Source of the DNA: Desulfomicrobium sp.
GTDB taxonomy: Bacteria > Desulfobacterota > Desulfovibrionia > Desulfovibrionales > Desulfomicrobiaceae
DNA length: 64,000 nt
Assembly: GCA_040768745.1 (NCBI GenBank)
Contig: JAXGMI010000001.1
Span: 352,001 to 416,000, forward strand
Reading direction: 5' to 3'
Every line of letters begins with the position of its first letter. Positions within the stretch are counted from its first letter, which is position 1. Both the position numbers and the translations under genes were made by a program. Below, piece by piece: positions 1 through 8,425 of the stretch. The notes under the pieces are model-generated. The model saw only the letters and a program-made list of their open reading frames with translations, was not told the DNA's origin and ran no database searches.

Positions 1-61
1 CCATGGTCAACAGGGACGCGGCAATGGAAAGGTAGGCGTATTTCCGGGCGCGATGGGACAT
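1..61 (-). CDS. N-terminus of a probable cation diffusion facilitator (CDF) transporter; runs off the window edge
   Basis: Manual translation from ATG at 61: MSHRARKYAYLSIAASLLTM, resembling the first TM segment of CDF proteins; lies just downstream of the cupin gene. Confidence 0.5.
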   Translation of the reverse strand, partial: MSHRARKYAYLSIAASLLTM

Positions 62-66
62 GGGCT

Positions 67-432
67 TCAGATCTCCGGAACTCCGGAGGGGATCAGGCAG
101 ACAAAAGTCAAGGGATCACTCCCGGCATTGCGGATCTGATGCTCCTCTCCTCCGGGCACGAAAACCCCGTGCCCAGGTCCAACCGTGGCCCATTCCCCGG
201 ACGAAAAAACTTCGCCCTGTCCGGCATGGAAGAAGATTTCATGTTCCCAGGCATGGGTGTGGCGCGGCGTGTAACCGCCTGGAGCCAGGTCGAAGCGGCG
301 CATGCAGAAATTCCTGGCTCCATCGGCCTGCCCGATGATGACCCGACCAGTCACACCTTTGGCCGCCCCCGAATCATAATGCACGGCGTCAATTGCCTCT
401 GAATGCACGTTTTTCACCGTCCCCTCCTTCAA
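67..432 (-). CDS. Cupin domain protein
   Basis: Cupin motifs TPRHTHAWEHE and VPGGEEHQIRN; true start may be an internal GTG. Confidence 0.85.
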   Translation of the reverse strand: MKEGTVKNVHSEAIDAVHYDSGAAKGVTGRVIIGQADGARNFCMRRFDLAPGGYTPRHTHAWEHEIFFHAGQGEVFSSGEWATVGPGHGVFVPGGEEHQIRNAGSDPLTFVCLIPSGVPEI

Positions 433-441
433 TGTAACAGG

Positions 442-1020
442 TCAATAATTCCAGACATCGAAAAAATTGAACCCTATCAACACATGCACATCCTTGCGGA
501 CCGCAAAAAAAACACTCCCCCGGACAGGGCAGAAGGAGAACGTGCCGTTGTCGAGCATCCAGAAATCATCCTTTTTGTCGTGCACAATGGCAAACGAATG
601 CCGCCTGCCTGCGAATTGCACCGAAACCACCCCCAGGGCGTCGTCAGGAAATCCCGCGTCGCGCAGACGGTGCATGATGGCGATGGACTGATCCAGGCTT
701 ATTCCCTTTCCTTTGTCCAAAGTCACCGACGAAGGTCGCCACAGGTCTCCGAGTTCATGCTTGATTTCTAGCAGGGTCCGGCGATGAATCCTGTGCATGA
801 GGGACAGATCCACGGACCCCTTGTCCGTCTTCACAGGCCTGTCATTTTCAAAGGTCATGGATTCCATCTGGGTTTTTTGCCAGGCGCAGACATCGTCATA
901 CAGGGGGCTGTTGCGAACCCTTTCGTTCTTTATCAAAGCCTTCTTTCCAGGTTTCAGGGCGTAGAGCGTACTCCTCAGCTTGGAGAGCACGTAGCCCGAC
1001 CAGTATGTCACTGCATTCAT
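442..1020 (-). CDS. Transglutaminase-like (BTLCP/LapG-like) protein with Ser at the nucleophile position
   Basis: DLWRPSSVTLDKGKGISLDQSIA...HSFAIV...WMLDN parallels the BTLCP pattern DYWxTPxET..GxGDCEDYAIA...HAVL...VLDN. Confidence 0.6.
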   Translation of the reverse strand: MNAVTYWSGYVLSKLRSTLYALKPGKKALIKNERVRNSPLYDDVCAWQKTQMESMTFENDRPVKTDKGSVDLSLMHRIHRRTLLEIKHELGDLWRPSSVTLDKGKGISLDQSIAIMHRLRDAGFPDDALGVVSVQFAGRRHSFAIVHDKKDDFWMLDNGTFSFCPVRGSVFFAVRKDVHVLIGFNFFDVWNY

Positions 1021-1273
1021 GCTTCACTCCTTCATGTGGCCGAAGCGCCCTTATTCAAGACCATCTTCGTGTTTGTCAATTTACGGGATGCACCAGCCCA
1101 TGTGCTCGTCACATTGACAAAACTGATGGTCCTTCATTACTGGTCGGTCAGTCAATCTGGACAACGCAGCCTGCCCATCCTGGCTTGCACCGTTCTGCCT
1201 GAGCTCCTTTCCTCCCCATCGAATATCTTGCCAAAAACGCCTTTTCTTCACCGCAACGCGCAAAAGGAACGAC

Positions 1274-1867
1274 ATGGCCCCAACACCCACCAAAAAAGAA
1301 CTCCTGCTCAAAGCGGCCAAGGAGCTTTTCGGCGAATACGGCTATGCCGAAACCACGTTCAAAAAAATATCCGAGCGGGCCGGAGTGGCCCTGGGACTGC
1401 TCACCCACCATTTCGGAAACAAGGAAAAACTCTTTCTGACTGCCGGCCTGGATGTGTTGCACGAACTGATCCGGACCATCCAGACCACTGTGCAGGACAC
1501 GCCCAACGGCCTGGAAGCGGTCCGCGCGTTCTGCACGTCATATTTCGATTTTGCCCGGGACCCCGGCAAAGATTTCATGGTGTTGATCCGTTGCTCCCCA
1601 TTCAGCGACCTGAAAGCCATCTCCGACAAGGAACTCATGGTCAGCACCTTCTCGAAGCTCTACTACATTCTGATCGCATGTGTCACCCGGGGCATAAAGG
1701 ACGGCAGCATCCGCCGGATGGACCCCAAGAAGACAGCCGTTGTCGTCTTCTGTACTCTTGTGGGGGGCATCAGGCACGGCTTCCTGACCGCCTACGGAGA
1801 CGATTCCATGTTTGATGATATCGTCGCCTTTCTCGTCGGCGGCCTCAAGCCCACACCCGGGTCGTAA
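1274..1867 (+). CDS. TetR/AcrR family transcriptional regulator
   Basis: N-terminal HTH: AAKELFGEYGYAETTFKKISERAGVALGLLTHHFGNKEKLF. Confidence 0.92.
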   Translation: MAPTPTKKELLLKAAKELFGEYGYAETTFKKISERAGVALGLLTHHFGNKEKLFLTAGLDVLHELIRTIQTTVQDTPNGLEAVRAFCTSYFDFARDPGKDFMVLIRCSPFSDLKAISDKELMVSTFSKLYYILIACVTRGIKDGSIRRMDPKKTAVVVFCTLVGGIRHGFLTAYGDDSMFDDIVAFLVGGLKPTPGS

Positions 1868-1976
1868 GCCTTTTTTCGCTGGCCGTTTTTCCCGCTCTGG
1901 GATAACGATCGAGAATGTGAAAGCAGTTCAGGCCGGATCTCTCTCCCATGCAGATCTGGCCAATTCCGGAGACCCT

Positions 1977-2315
1977 ATGCAGAACAAGCGGAAGTGGCCC
2001 CGTATAGCCTGTCTCGAACGCTGCAACGTGCAGCCCACCGACCGAGACAGCCAAATGCGTCCGGCGCGCATACTGAACTACAGCGCAACCGGTGTCATGC
2101 TGGAAACCGACATCGCACTGGCGGTCGAGGAATTGGTCAAGATACACCTCGTCGACGAGCCTGACGACGATCTTCTCAGAGGCATCGAAAAACGGGTCGG
2201 CAAGGTGTGCTGGTGCTCCATGCACGCCGACAGCTTCTCTGGCATGTTTCTGGTCGGCATTGAGATCGTCCGCGGACTGTCCGAAGACATGGGCTGGGGT
2301 CTTGCCCCGCTCTGA
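1977..2315 (+). CDS. PilZ domain protein (putative c-di-GMP receptor)
   Basis: RxxxR (KRKWPR) and NxSxxG (LNYSATG) motifs; start set at ATG 1977 after a GGAG RBS. Confidence 0.8.
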   Translation: MQNKRKWPRIACLERCNVQPTDRDSQMRPARILNYSATGVMLETDIALAVEELVKIHLVDEPDDDLLRGIEKRVGKVCWCSMHADSFSGMFLVGIEIVRGLSEDMGWGLAPL

Positions 2316-2670
2316 CCCGCCTGGCGCCTCCGCGCAAAACCCGCGCGCTGCACCCCCAGACGCCCTCACGAGGCGAATTCGTTGCGAACGGGCAGCCCCC
2401 TTTGGCAGCCACACTGAACCCGGCCGCATCCCTGCGCCTTTGCATTGCTCTGCGGAGTTCCTCGTCGTCAATTCAGAAGATGAATCTCCCGACCCCTCGA
2501 GGGTTGCCCCCCCCAAACTAAAACTTGAGCCCGACGCCATACGTGGCTATGGAGGTACAACATTTTCCAGGTCGCAGTGCGGGTGAGCCATCTGCCCCTT
2601 GGCTCTTATTGAGGATGAGTGCGCGGCAAAATTGACTGCAAAGGCCAACCACAAAAATCTCCAAGGAATT

Positions 2671-4086
2671 ATGCAAAAAAACAGACGCATCGCCCACCAT
2701 CGACCGTATCGCAACGCTGCCAGGCGAAGACCGGCTTCGCCCAGACTGATCCTGTTCCTGCTGGTTTTCCTTGGGATAGCCTCCGTCGGGTCAGTCTTCC
2801 TCTTCAATTTCCTTTCTCCCGACGAAATCCAGTCCAGCATTGACCGGGCCGCCCTGGAAATGGCTGCACGCCATGAATACCATTATGCCGATCCCATTGC
2901 GGAAGCTGATCCGGAGCCCCAGGACGTTGAACAGGAAGAAGAATTGCCTGTGGCCGAAGCGCCCATGGAACCTGAGATCACCCGCATGACCGGGTTCATC
3001 CAGAAAGGAGATACCCCGAGCACCCTCCTGGAAGGGCATCTGAGCATGGCGGAGATCTACTCCCTGTGCGACGAAAGCAAGGACGTCTATTCCTTGGACA
3101 ACCTCAAGGCTGGGCAATCCTGGACCATGATCTACTCAGACAACGCCCTGGTTGGTCTGGAGTACGAAATCGATGCCGACGAACGCCTGGTCGTATCCAT
3201 GACCGATTCAGGCTACGAATTCCGCCGTGAATCCATTCCGTACGACATGGAGGTCGTCACCGTCACGGGCAGCATTGAGAGCAGTTTGTTCGGGGCTGTG
3301 CTGAAGCAGGGAGAGAACGAAGACCTGGCCATCCGTCTCGCCAGCGTCTTTGCCTATGACGTGGACTTCGTGCGGGACCTGCGCACCGAGGACACCTTCA
3401 GAGTCATCATCGAGAAAAAATTCCGTGAAGGCACGTTCTTCGACTATGGCAATCTCCTCGCCGCCAGCTTCACCAACCAGGGGCAGACCTATTACGCCTA
3501 CCGCTACACGGACAAGAAAGGGAACTCCGCCTATTACGATCAGACCGGCCGTCCTCTGCGCAAGGCCTTTCTCAAATCCCCCCTGCCTTTCACGCGTATT
3601 TCTTCCGGCTATTCCATGAGTCGCATGCACCCCATCCTGAAATACAGGCGGCCCCACCAGGGCATAGACTACGCCGCCCCGACAGGCACTCCCATCAGCT
3701 CCGTGGCCGATGGTCTGATCGCGGAGGTGGGCTCCAACAACTCCCAGGGCCGATATGTCCGGGTCACGCACAGCAATGGGCTTGAAACAATCTACAATCA
3801 CATGAGCAAATTCTCCGCCAATTCCAAGAAGGGGGCCAAAGTCAAACAGGGTGCTGTCATCGGCTATGTCGGCAGCACCGGCTACGCGACAGGACCTCAC
3901 TTAGATTTCCGGATGAGGCAGAACGGTCAGTTCATCAACCCGCTCAAACTCAAAAGCCTCCCTGCAGAGCCCGTTCCGGCAAGGGAAATGCCAAACTTCA
4001 GGGCCACCATCGCGAATTTCAAGGCCAAGCTCGAGGAACCCATCCGGGCCGCATCCCTGGATACGTCTGCGAAGCCCCGGCAATAG
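2671..4086 (+). CDS. M23 family peptidoglycan DD-endopeptidase (MepM-like) with N-terminal TM anchor
   Basis: TM segment, then HQGIDYAAPTGTP, YNHMS and TGPHLDF motifs; AAGGA RBS before ATG 2671. Confidence 0.9.
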   Translation: MQKNRRIAHHRPYRNAARRRPASPRLILFLLVFLGIASVGSVFLFNFLSPDEIQSSIDRAALEMAARHEYHYADPIAEADPEPQDVEQEEELPVAEAPMEPEITRMTGFIQKGDTPSTLLEGHLSMAEIYSLCDESKDVYSLDNLKAGQSWTMIYSDNALVGLEYEIDADERLVVSMTDSGYEFRRESIPYDMEVVTVTGSIESSLFGAVLKQGENEDLAIRLASVFAYDVDFVRDLRTEDTFRVIIEKKFREGTFFDYGNLLAASFTNQGQTYYAYRYTDKKGNSAYYDQTGRPLRKAFLKSPLPFTRISSGYSMSRMHPILKYRRPHQGIDYAAPTGTPISSVADGLIAEVGSNNSQGRYVRVTHSNGLETIYNHMSKFSANSKKGAKVKQGAVIGYVGSTGYATGPHLDFRMRQNGQFINPLKLKSLPAEPVPAREMPNFRATIANFKAKLEEPIRAASLDTSAKPRQ

Positions 4087-4119
4087 ATCCTTCGGGTGCG
4101 CAGGGCGTGCCAGCCTGTT

Positions 4120-4875
4120 TTACAGCCCATCACACAGCCAGATCCTGGCCAGGCAGACCTCCTGGGCGTCCTGGGTCCGCTGCATATCCAAGCGAATGTC
4201 CCTTCCGTTTTCTGTGGCGTGCCGTACCTCCACTTCCTGGCCCGCGCTGACTTCCCGGACATGTCGTACACGCATTCCCCGCAGATTCTGCGGGTCTATG
4301 CCAGCCTGGGCCAGATGATCCACCATCCAATCTATATAACGCAGGTTGTTCATGTGTCCCAGGGCGTCAATCTCGCTGGCCTGGACCACGCGCGTCCTTG
4401 TCCATGGCCTGCCCGCAGGTTGTTCCAGTTCGGGCAAGGCCCCGGTAAAGACTGGCTGAGGAAGCTCGGCCCCATCCAGATTGAAAAACGAACCGGACTT
4501 GCGCGGGCGTCTGCTCTGCAGGTCAAATCCGAACCAGACGCTTGAACCCAGCGCGATGGTCTGACCATCCTGATCCATGATCCGGGTGTCGCGATGGCAC
4601 AGAATCCGCTCGGCATGCCTGGGCCAGGTCCGTACGGTAATGGTCTCGCCCAAGGTCGGGAAGCGGCGGACCTCCATGGTCTGCTCCCTCAATACCCAGG
4701 CCAGGCCCTGCTCGGCCAGATGATTGACCCCTACCCCCAGCAATGCGGCATGATGTTCCGCGGCCTCCTGGGCAAAGCGGCACAGGCTGGCCAAAGTAGC
4801 CATTCCCTGAATCCCGGTGTGGAAGAGGAGAACATTTTTCGTATAGTGGCAAACATACTGCCCTGGATCGTTCAT
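4120..4875 (-). CDS. Acyl-ACP thioesterase family protein
   Basis: QEAAEHHA...WVL...VRTW and EIDALGHMNNLRYIDW motifs. Confidence 0.85.
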   Translation of the reverse strand: MNDPGQYVCHYTKNVLLFHTGIQGMATLASLCRFAQEAAEHHAALLGVGVNHLAEQGLAWVLREQTMEVRRFPTLGETITVRTWPRHAERILCHRDTRIMDQDGQTIALGSSVWFGFDLQSRRPRKSGSFFNLDGAELPQPVFTGALPELEQPAGRPWTRTRVVQASEIDALGHMNNLRYIDWMVDHLAQAGIDPQNLRGMRVRHVREVSAGQEVEVRHATENGRDIRLDMQRTQDAQEVCLARIWLCDGL

Positions 4876-5167
4876 AGGATGTCCCCGCTGCTGTGGTGCA
4901 TGTGTTCTGGGCGTAGCGGCTTCCACCCCGGACTGCAACCCGGTCTGTCCCCCGCGGCTGGAGCGAAGGCAGATGTGTTGTGCATCCTTGGCCGCAGGGC
5001 ATGCGCAGACCGCCCGGAGGGAGGCCCCAAATTTCCAATCGTTTGCCATGCGCTGGTTGCATGATGGGCCGATCGCGCTTAAAGGAAAAAAGGGAAGTTG
5101 CAATTCTTCTCCGCCGCGAAGGTGATCCACCGACCCGCAACGACATGCCAGTTCCAGGAGCAACCAC

Positions 5168-6088
5168 TTGGCCCATGCTTCAACCAATCAAATCGTTCTG
5201 ATCGTTGATGACGAACCTCTCAACATCCAGGCGCTGCAATCCGTTCTGGGGGGCGAGCACAAACTCCTCTTTGCGAACAGCGGAGAAATGGCCCTTGAAA
5301 TGGTGCGGCAATCCCCCCAGCCGGACCTTATTCTCCTGGATATCGTTCTTCCCGACATGGACGGTTTCCAAGTCTGCACCAAGCTCAAAGATGACGACAA
5401 AACGCGGCACATTCCAATTGTCTTCCTGACCTCCAAATGGGAAGCGAGCGAGGAGGCCAGAGGTCTTGAGCTCGGTGCGGTGGACTATATCCGCAAGCCC
5501 TTCAGCCCCCCCATCATTCGAGCCCGCATCCGCAATCATCTCGAGCTGAAAAAAAACAGAGACCTTCTTAAAAATCTGTCCTCCTTGGATGCCCTGACGA
5601 ATATTCCCAATCGGCGAAGGTTCGAGGAAATTTTTGCCCACGAATGGCACCGTGCGGCCCGCACGAAGCATCCACTGTCTCTTTTGTTCATTGATATCGA
5701 TCAGTTCAAAAGGTATAATGATTTATATGGGCATCTGGCCGGGGATGACTGCCTCAAGGTCGTCAGCCGCACCCTGCAGTCCGCCCTCGGGCGAACGGCA
5801 GACTTCCTGGCCAGGTTTGGGGGCGAGGAGTTCATCATTCTCCTTCCGGACACGGGAGAGTCTGGCTGCCGGCATCTGGCCGAAAACATTCGCAGCGCAG
5901 TCGAAGGTCTGCGCTTGGCCCATGGGGATTCCCCGGTCTCCCCGTATGTCACCGTATCCATTGGCGCCGTGACCTGTGCCAATGTCTTGTTCTGCGACCG
6001 CAACATGCTTCTCGAAAATGCTGACGCACTTCTCTACAAAGCCAAGCACGAGGGCAGAAACTGTGTCCGCATGCAAACCCTGCCCTGA
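5168..6088 (+). CDS. Response-regulator diguanylate cyclase (REC-GGDEF)
   Basis: REC (IVDDE, LLDIVLPDMDG, KPF), DALT linker, RTAD I-site and GGEEF active site. Confidence 0.93.
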   Translation: MAHASTNQIVLIVDDEPLNIQALQSVLGGEHKLLFANSGEMALEMVRQSPQPDLILLDIVLPDMDGFQVCTKLKDDDKTRHIPIVFLTSKWEASEEARGLELGAVDYIRKPFSPPIIRARIRNHLELKKNRDLLKNLSSLDALTNIPNRRRFEEIFAHEWHRAARTKHPLSLLFIDIDQFKRYNDLYGHLAGDDCLKVVSRTLQSALGRTADFLARFGGEEFIILLPDTGESGCRHLAENIRSAVEGLRLAHGDSPVSPYVTVSIGAVTCANVLFCDRNMLLENADALLYKAKHEGRNCVRMQTLP

Positions 6089-6147
6089 GCAGGGACGGCT
6101 GTTATGCCCTTTTTATCCATAACTCCATATCCCGAAAGGAGAACTCC

Positions 6148-6669
6148 ATGAAACTGAAAGGCAAACGCTTTGTGATCCTGGTGGACACTCAGTTCAACGA
6201 CCACGAATTCTGGTATCCGTTCTATCGCCTCAAGGAAGAAGGGGTTGAAGTGGTTGTCGTGGGCACCAAGTCCGGCCAGACCTATGTGGGCAAATTCGGA
6301 ACTGAATTCAAGGCACACAAGGCCCCCGGAGAAATCAATGTCTCGGATTTTGAAGGAATCATTATCCCAGGAGGATACGCACCGGATCACATGCGCAGGG
6401 ATCAGAACATGGTCAGTTTGGTCCGGGCCTTTGACCAGCATGAAAAAATCGTGACAGCCATCTGCCACGCTGGATGGATGCTTGTTTCCGCAGGCATCCT
6501 GAAGGGAAGGGCCGTCACATCCTTTTTTGCCATCAAGGATGATCTCATCAACGCAGGGGCAAAATGGCAGGATAATGAGGTTGTGGTGGACAAGAACCTG
6601 ATCACAAGCCGCACTCCGGATGATCTGCCGGCTTTCATGCGGACCATTATTGCGGCATGCAAAGGCTGA
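6148..6669 (+). CDS. PfpI/DJ-1 family (type 1 glutamine amidotransferase-like) protein
   Basis: IPGGYAPD, AICHAGW and ITSRTPDDL motifs; AAGGAG RBS. Confidence 0.92.
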   Translation: MKLKGKRFVILVDTQFNDHEFWYPFYRLKEEGVEVVVVGTKSGQTYVGKFGTEFKAHKAPGEINVSDFEGIIIPGGYAPDHMRRDQNMVSLVRAFDQHEKIVTAICHAGWMLVSAGILKGRAVTSFFAIKDDLINAGAKWQDNEVVVDKNLITSRTPDDLPAFMRTIIAACKG

Positions 6670-7030
6670 TACGGTCGAGACTTTCGCTTTTCGAGGGCAT
6701 CCCCTGAATCGAACCAAACATGGCCGCAGATCTGCTTGACCTGGGTTTTCCCGGGTCAGTCATCCCTGCGGCCATGATCCCGCCCCCTTTATCGGCAGAT
6801 CACACGGAACAGGAAGAGGGTGGCAATGGTCGCTGCCCCTGTTTTGCGATCCCCTTTCCAGCGCAAATGGAAGACGGATTGAACCTGGCTGGAATGGCCA
6901 AGGGCGGCCCATCTAGGCGTACGACTGCCAATCATTACGGAAATGAAAGGAGCCCGGCATCCTGTCTGCCGAGCACAGGCAGCCCGCCGTCCTGTGCTGT
7001 AAAAGTCCATTCCGAAAACGCAGGAAGCGG

Positions 7031-7933
7031 CTAGGTCCTGCTCGAAATCTGCCGGGAAATCTCGTGGAAAAGCTCCTGCTCCCTGACCACGCCGATGATT
7101 TTGCCTTCCCTTTCCACAGCCACCCGCCGGCGATTTTCCTCGCACAACAGATAGGCCACCTGCATCAGGCTCTCCGAAAAGTTCACCACCGGCGGCCTGG
7201 GATTCATGATCTCGCCCACATGTCTGGATTCCAGGGCCTTGACCTGGTAATTGAACAGGCCAGACCAGAACAGACTGGAATACTTCAACCCCAATGGCAG
7301 CGGGCCGTGTTGTGTCTTCAGATATTCGGGCAATATGGCCTGAATAAGATTGCGCATGGTCAACACGCCGACAAGCTCCTGTCCATCGAAGACAAGAAGG
7401 GCTCGATGTCCGGACTCCATGATCAGGCCTGAGGAAATGAAGCTCTCGGATGCGAGCTTGAGCTTTGCGATCCCTTCCCGCACCGTGTTCGAAGACTGAA
7501 CACAGGTGTATTCGTCAATGGGGATCATGATCTCGATGATGGTCTTTTCACGCTCCAGCCCGTTTCTGCCAATGCCCACGGCTTCGTGAATGCGGGAGGC
7601 CAGTATGTGCACGTCACAGGGTTTGCACAGATAATCGAAAGCCCCTGACTCCAAAGCCTTGCGCGCGGCAGTCTGATCGCCATGACCTGTCAGGACAATC
7701 ACTTTGCATCCGGGCTTCATGGCCAGGATACGCGGCAGCGCTTCGTCCCCGTTCAAACCCGGCATTTTGACATCCAGCAGGACAACCTCAGGGCTGACTG
7801 TCTGCAGGAGATCCAGAACCTCTTCGCCATTCTTGGCCAGGGAAACCACAAAGCCTCTGTGTTGCAAAATCTTGGCTGTGTTCTCCCGAAAACGGGCTTC
7901 ATCATCTGCGACAACAACATGCGGTCTGCTCAA
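7031..7933 (-). CDS. Response regulator with C-terminal CBS pair (REC-CBS)
   Basis: REC (ADDE, LDVKMPG, LTGHG, CKP) followed by two CBS-like repeats. Confidence 0.88.
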   Translation of the reverse strand: MSRPHVVVADDEARFRENTAKILQHRGFVVSLAKNGEEVLDLLQTVSPEVVLLDVKMPGLNGDEALPRILAMKPGCKVIVLTGHGDQTAARKALESGAFDYLCKPCDVHILASRIHEAVGIGRNGLEREKTIIEIMIPIDEYTCVQSSNTVREGIAKLKLASESFISSGLIMESGHRALLVFDGQELVGVLTMRNLIQAILPEYLKTQHGPLPLGLKYSSLFWSGLFNYQVKALESRHVGEIMNPRPPVVNFSESLMQVAYLLCEENRRRVAVEREGKIIGVVREQELFHEISRQISSRT

Positions 7934-7977
7934 CGTTACTCTCCTTCAACATTTCTTTTAAACGGCAATCCGAAACA

Positions 7978-8370
7978 TCACCGTTCCAGGGACAATTTCC
8001 ACATTTCATATGCGGTTTTGACCCGGTCCATGAGGTGGGCCATTTCCACTGGTTTGATCAGGAAATCGAACGCGCCATTGGTCAAACACACTGCGGCGTC
8101 GTCAGATGTGGCATGGCCGGTGAGGATGATGACCTGCACAGCGGGAAGGGCTGCCTTGATGTCGCGCAGGACCTCCTGCCCTGTCATGCCCGGCATCTTC
8201 AGATCCAGAACAACGACCTGACACTGCTTTTCCTGCAGGATGCCCACCACATCCCGGCCATTCGAGCACAATTCAACCTCAATGCCCTTGCGTTTGAATA
8301 TCTTGGCTGCAGTTTGCAGGTAGTATTCCTCGTCGTCGACAAGAAGAACGCGCAAAGTATCCATGGGCAC
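7978..8370 (-). CDS. Single-domain response regulator
   Basis: VDDE, LDLKMPG, LTGH and IKP motifs; no output domain. Confidence 0.92.
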   Translation of the reverse strand: MPMDTLRVLLVDDEEYYLQTAAKIFKRKGIEVELCSNGRDVVGILQEKQCQVVVLDLKMPGMTGQEVLRDIKAALPAVQVIILTGHATSDDAAVCLTNGAFDFLIKPVEMAHLMDRVKTAYEMWKLSLER

Positions 8371-8425
8371 CTCACCATGATCCGCTGCAAGGGGAGAAAA
8401 CCTCGTCGAGCCATGCCTCCGGATA

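Noticed and set aside
5137..5150. Sigma54-like TGGCAT...TTGC on the minus strand; similar candidate near 12321-12337
   Set aside because: GG-to-GC spacing is 9 and 11 nt respectively, not the required 10.
5168..6088. Possible Hypr (cGAMP-making) GGDEF, also considered for 57692-58627
   Set aside because: No positive evidence: both look like ordinary GGDEF domains (DxDxFK...ND.YG...GD pattern); the Hypr signature position was only judged by eye.
6821..6860. Minus-strand resemblance to a c-di-GMP-I riboswitch (GAAA...CGCAAA...GGCAGC...TTGCC); similar weak hint at 43342-43410
   Set aside because: The GGCAAA-initiated stem and second hairpin cannot be built, and no downstream gene is correctly oriented at 6.8 kb.
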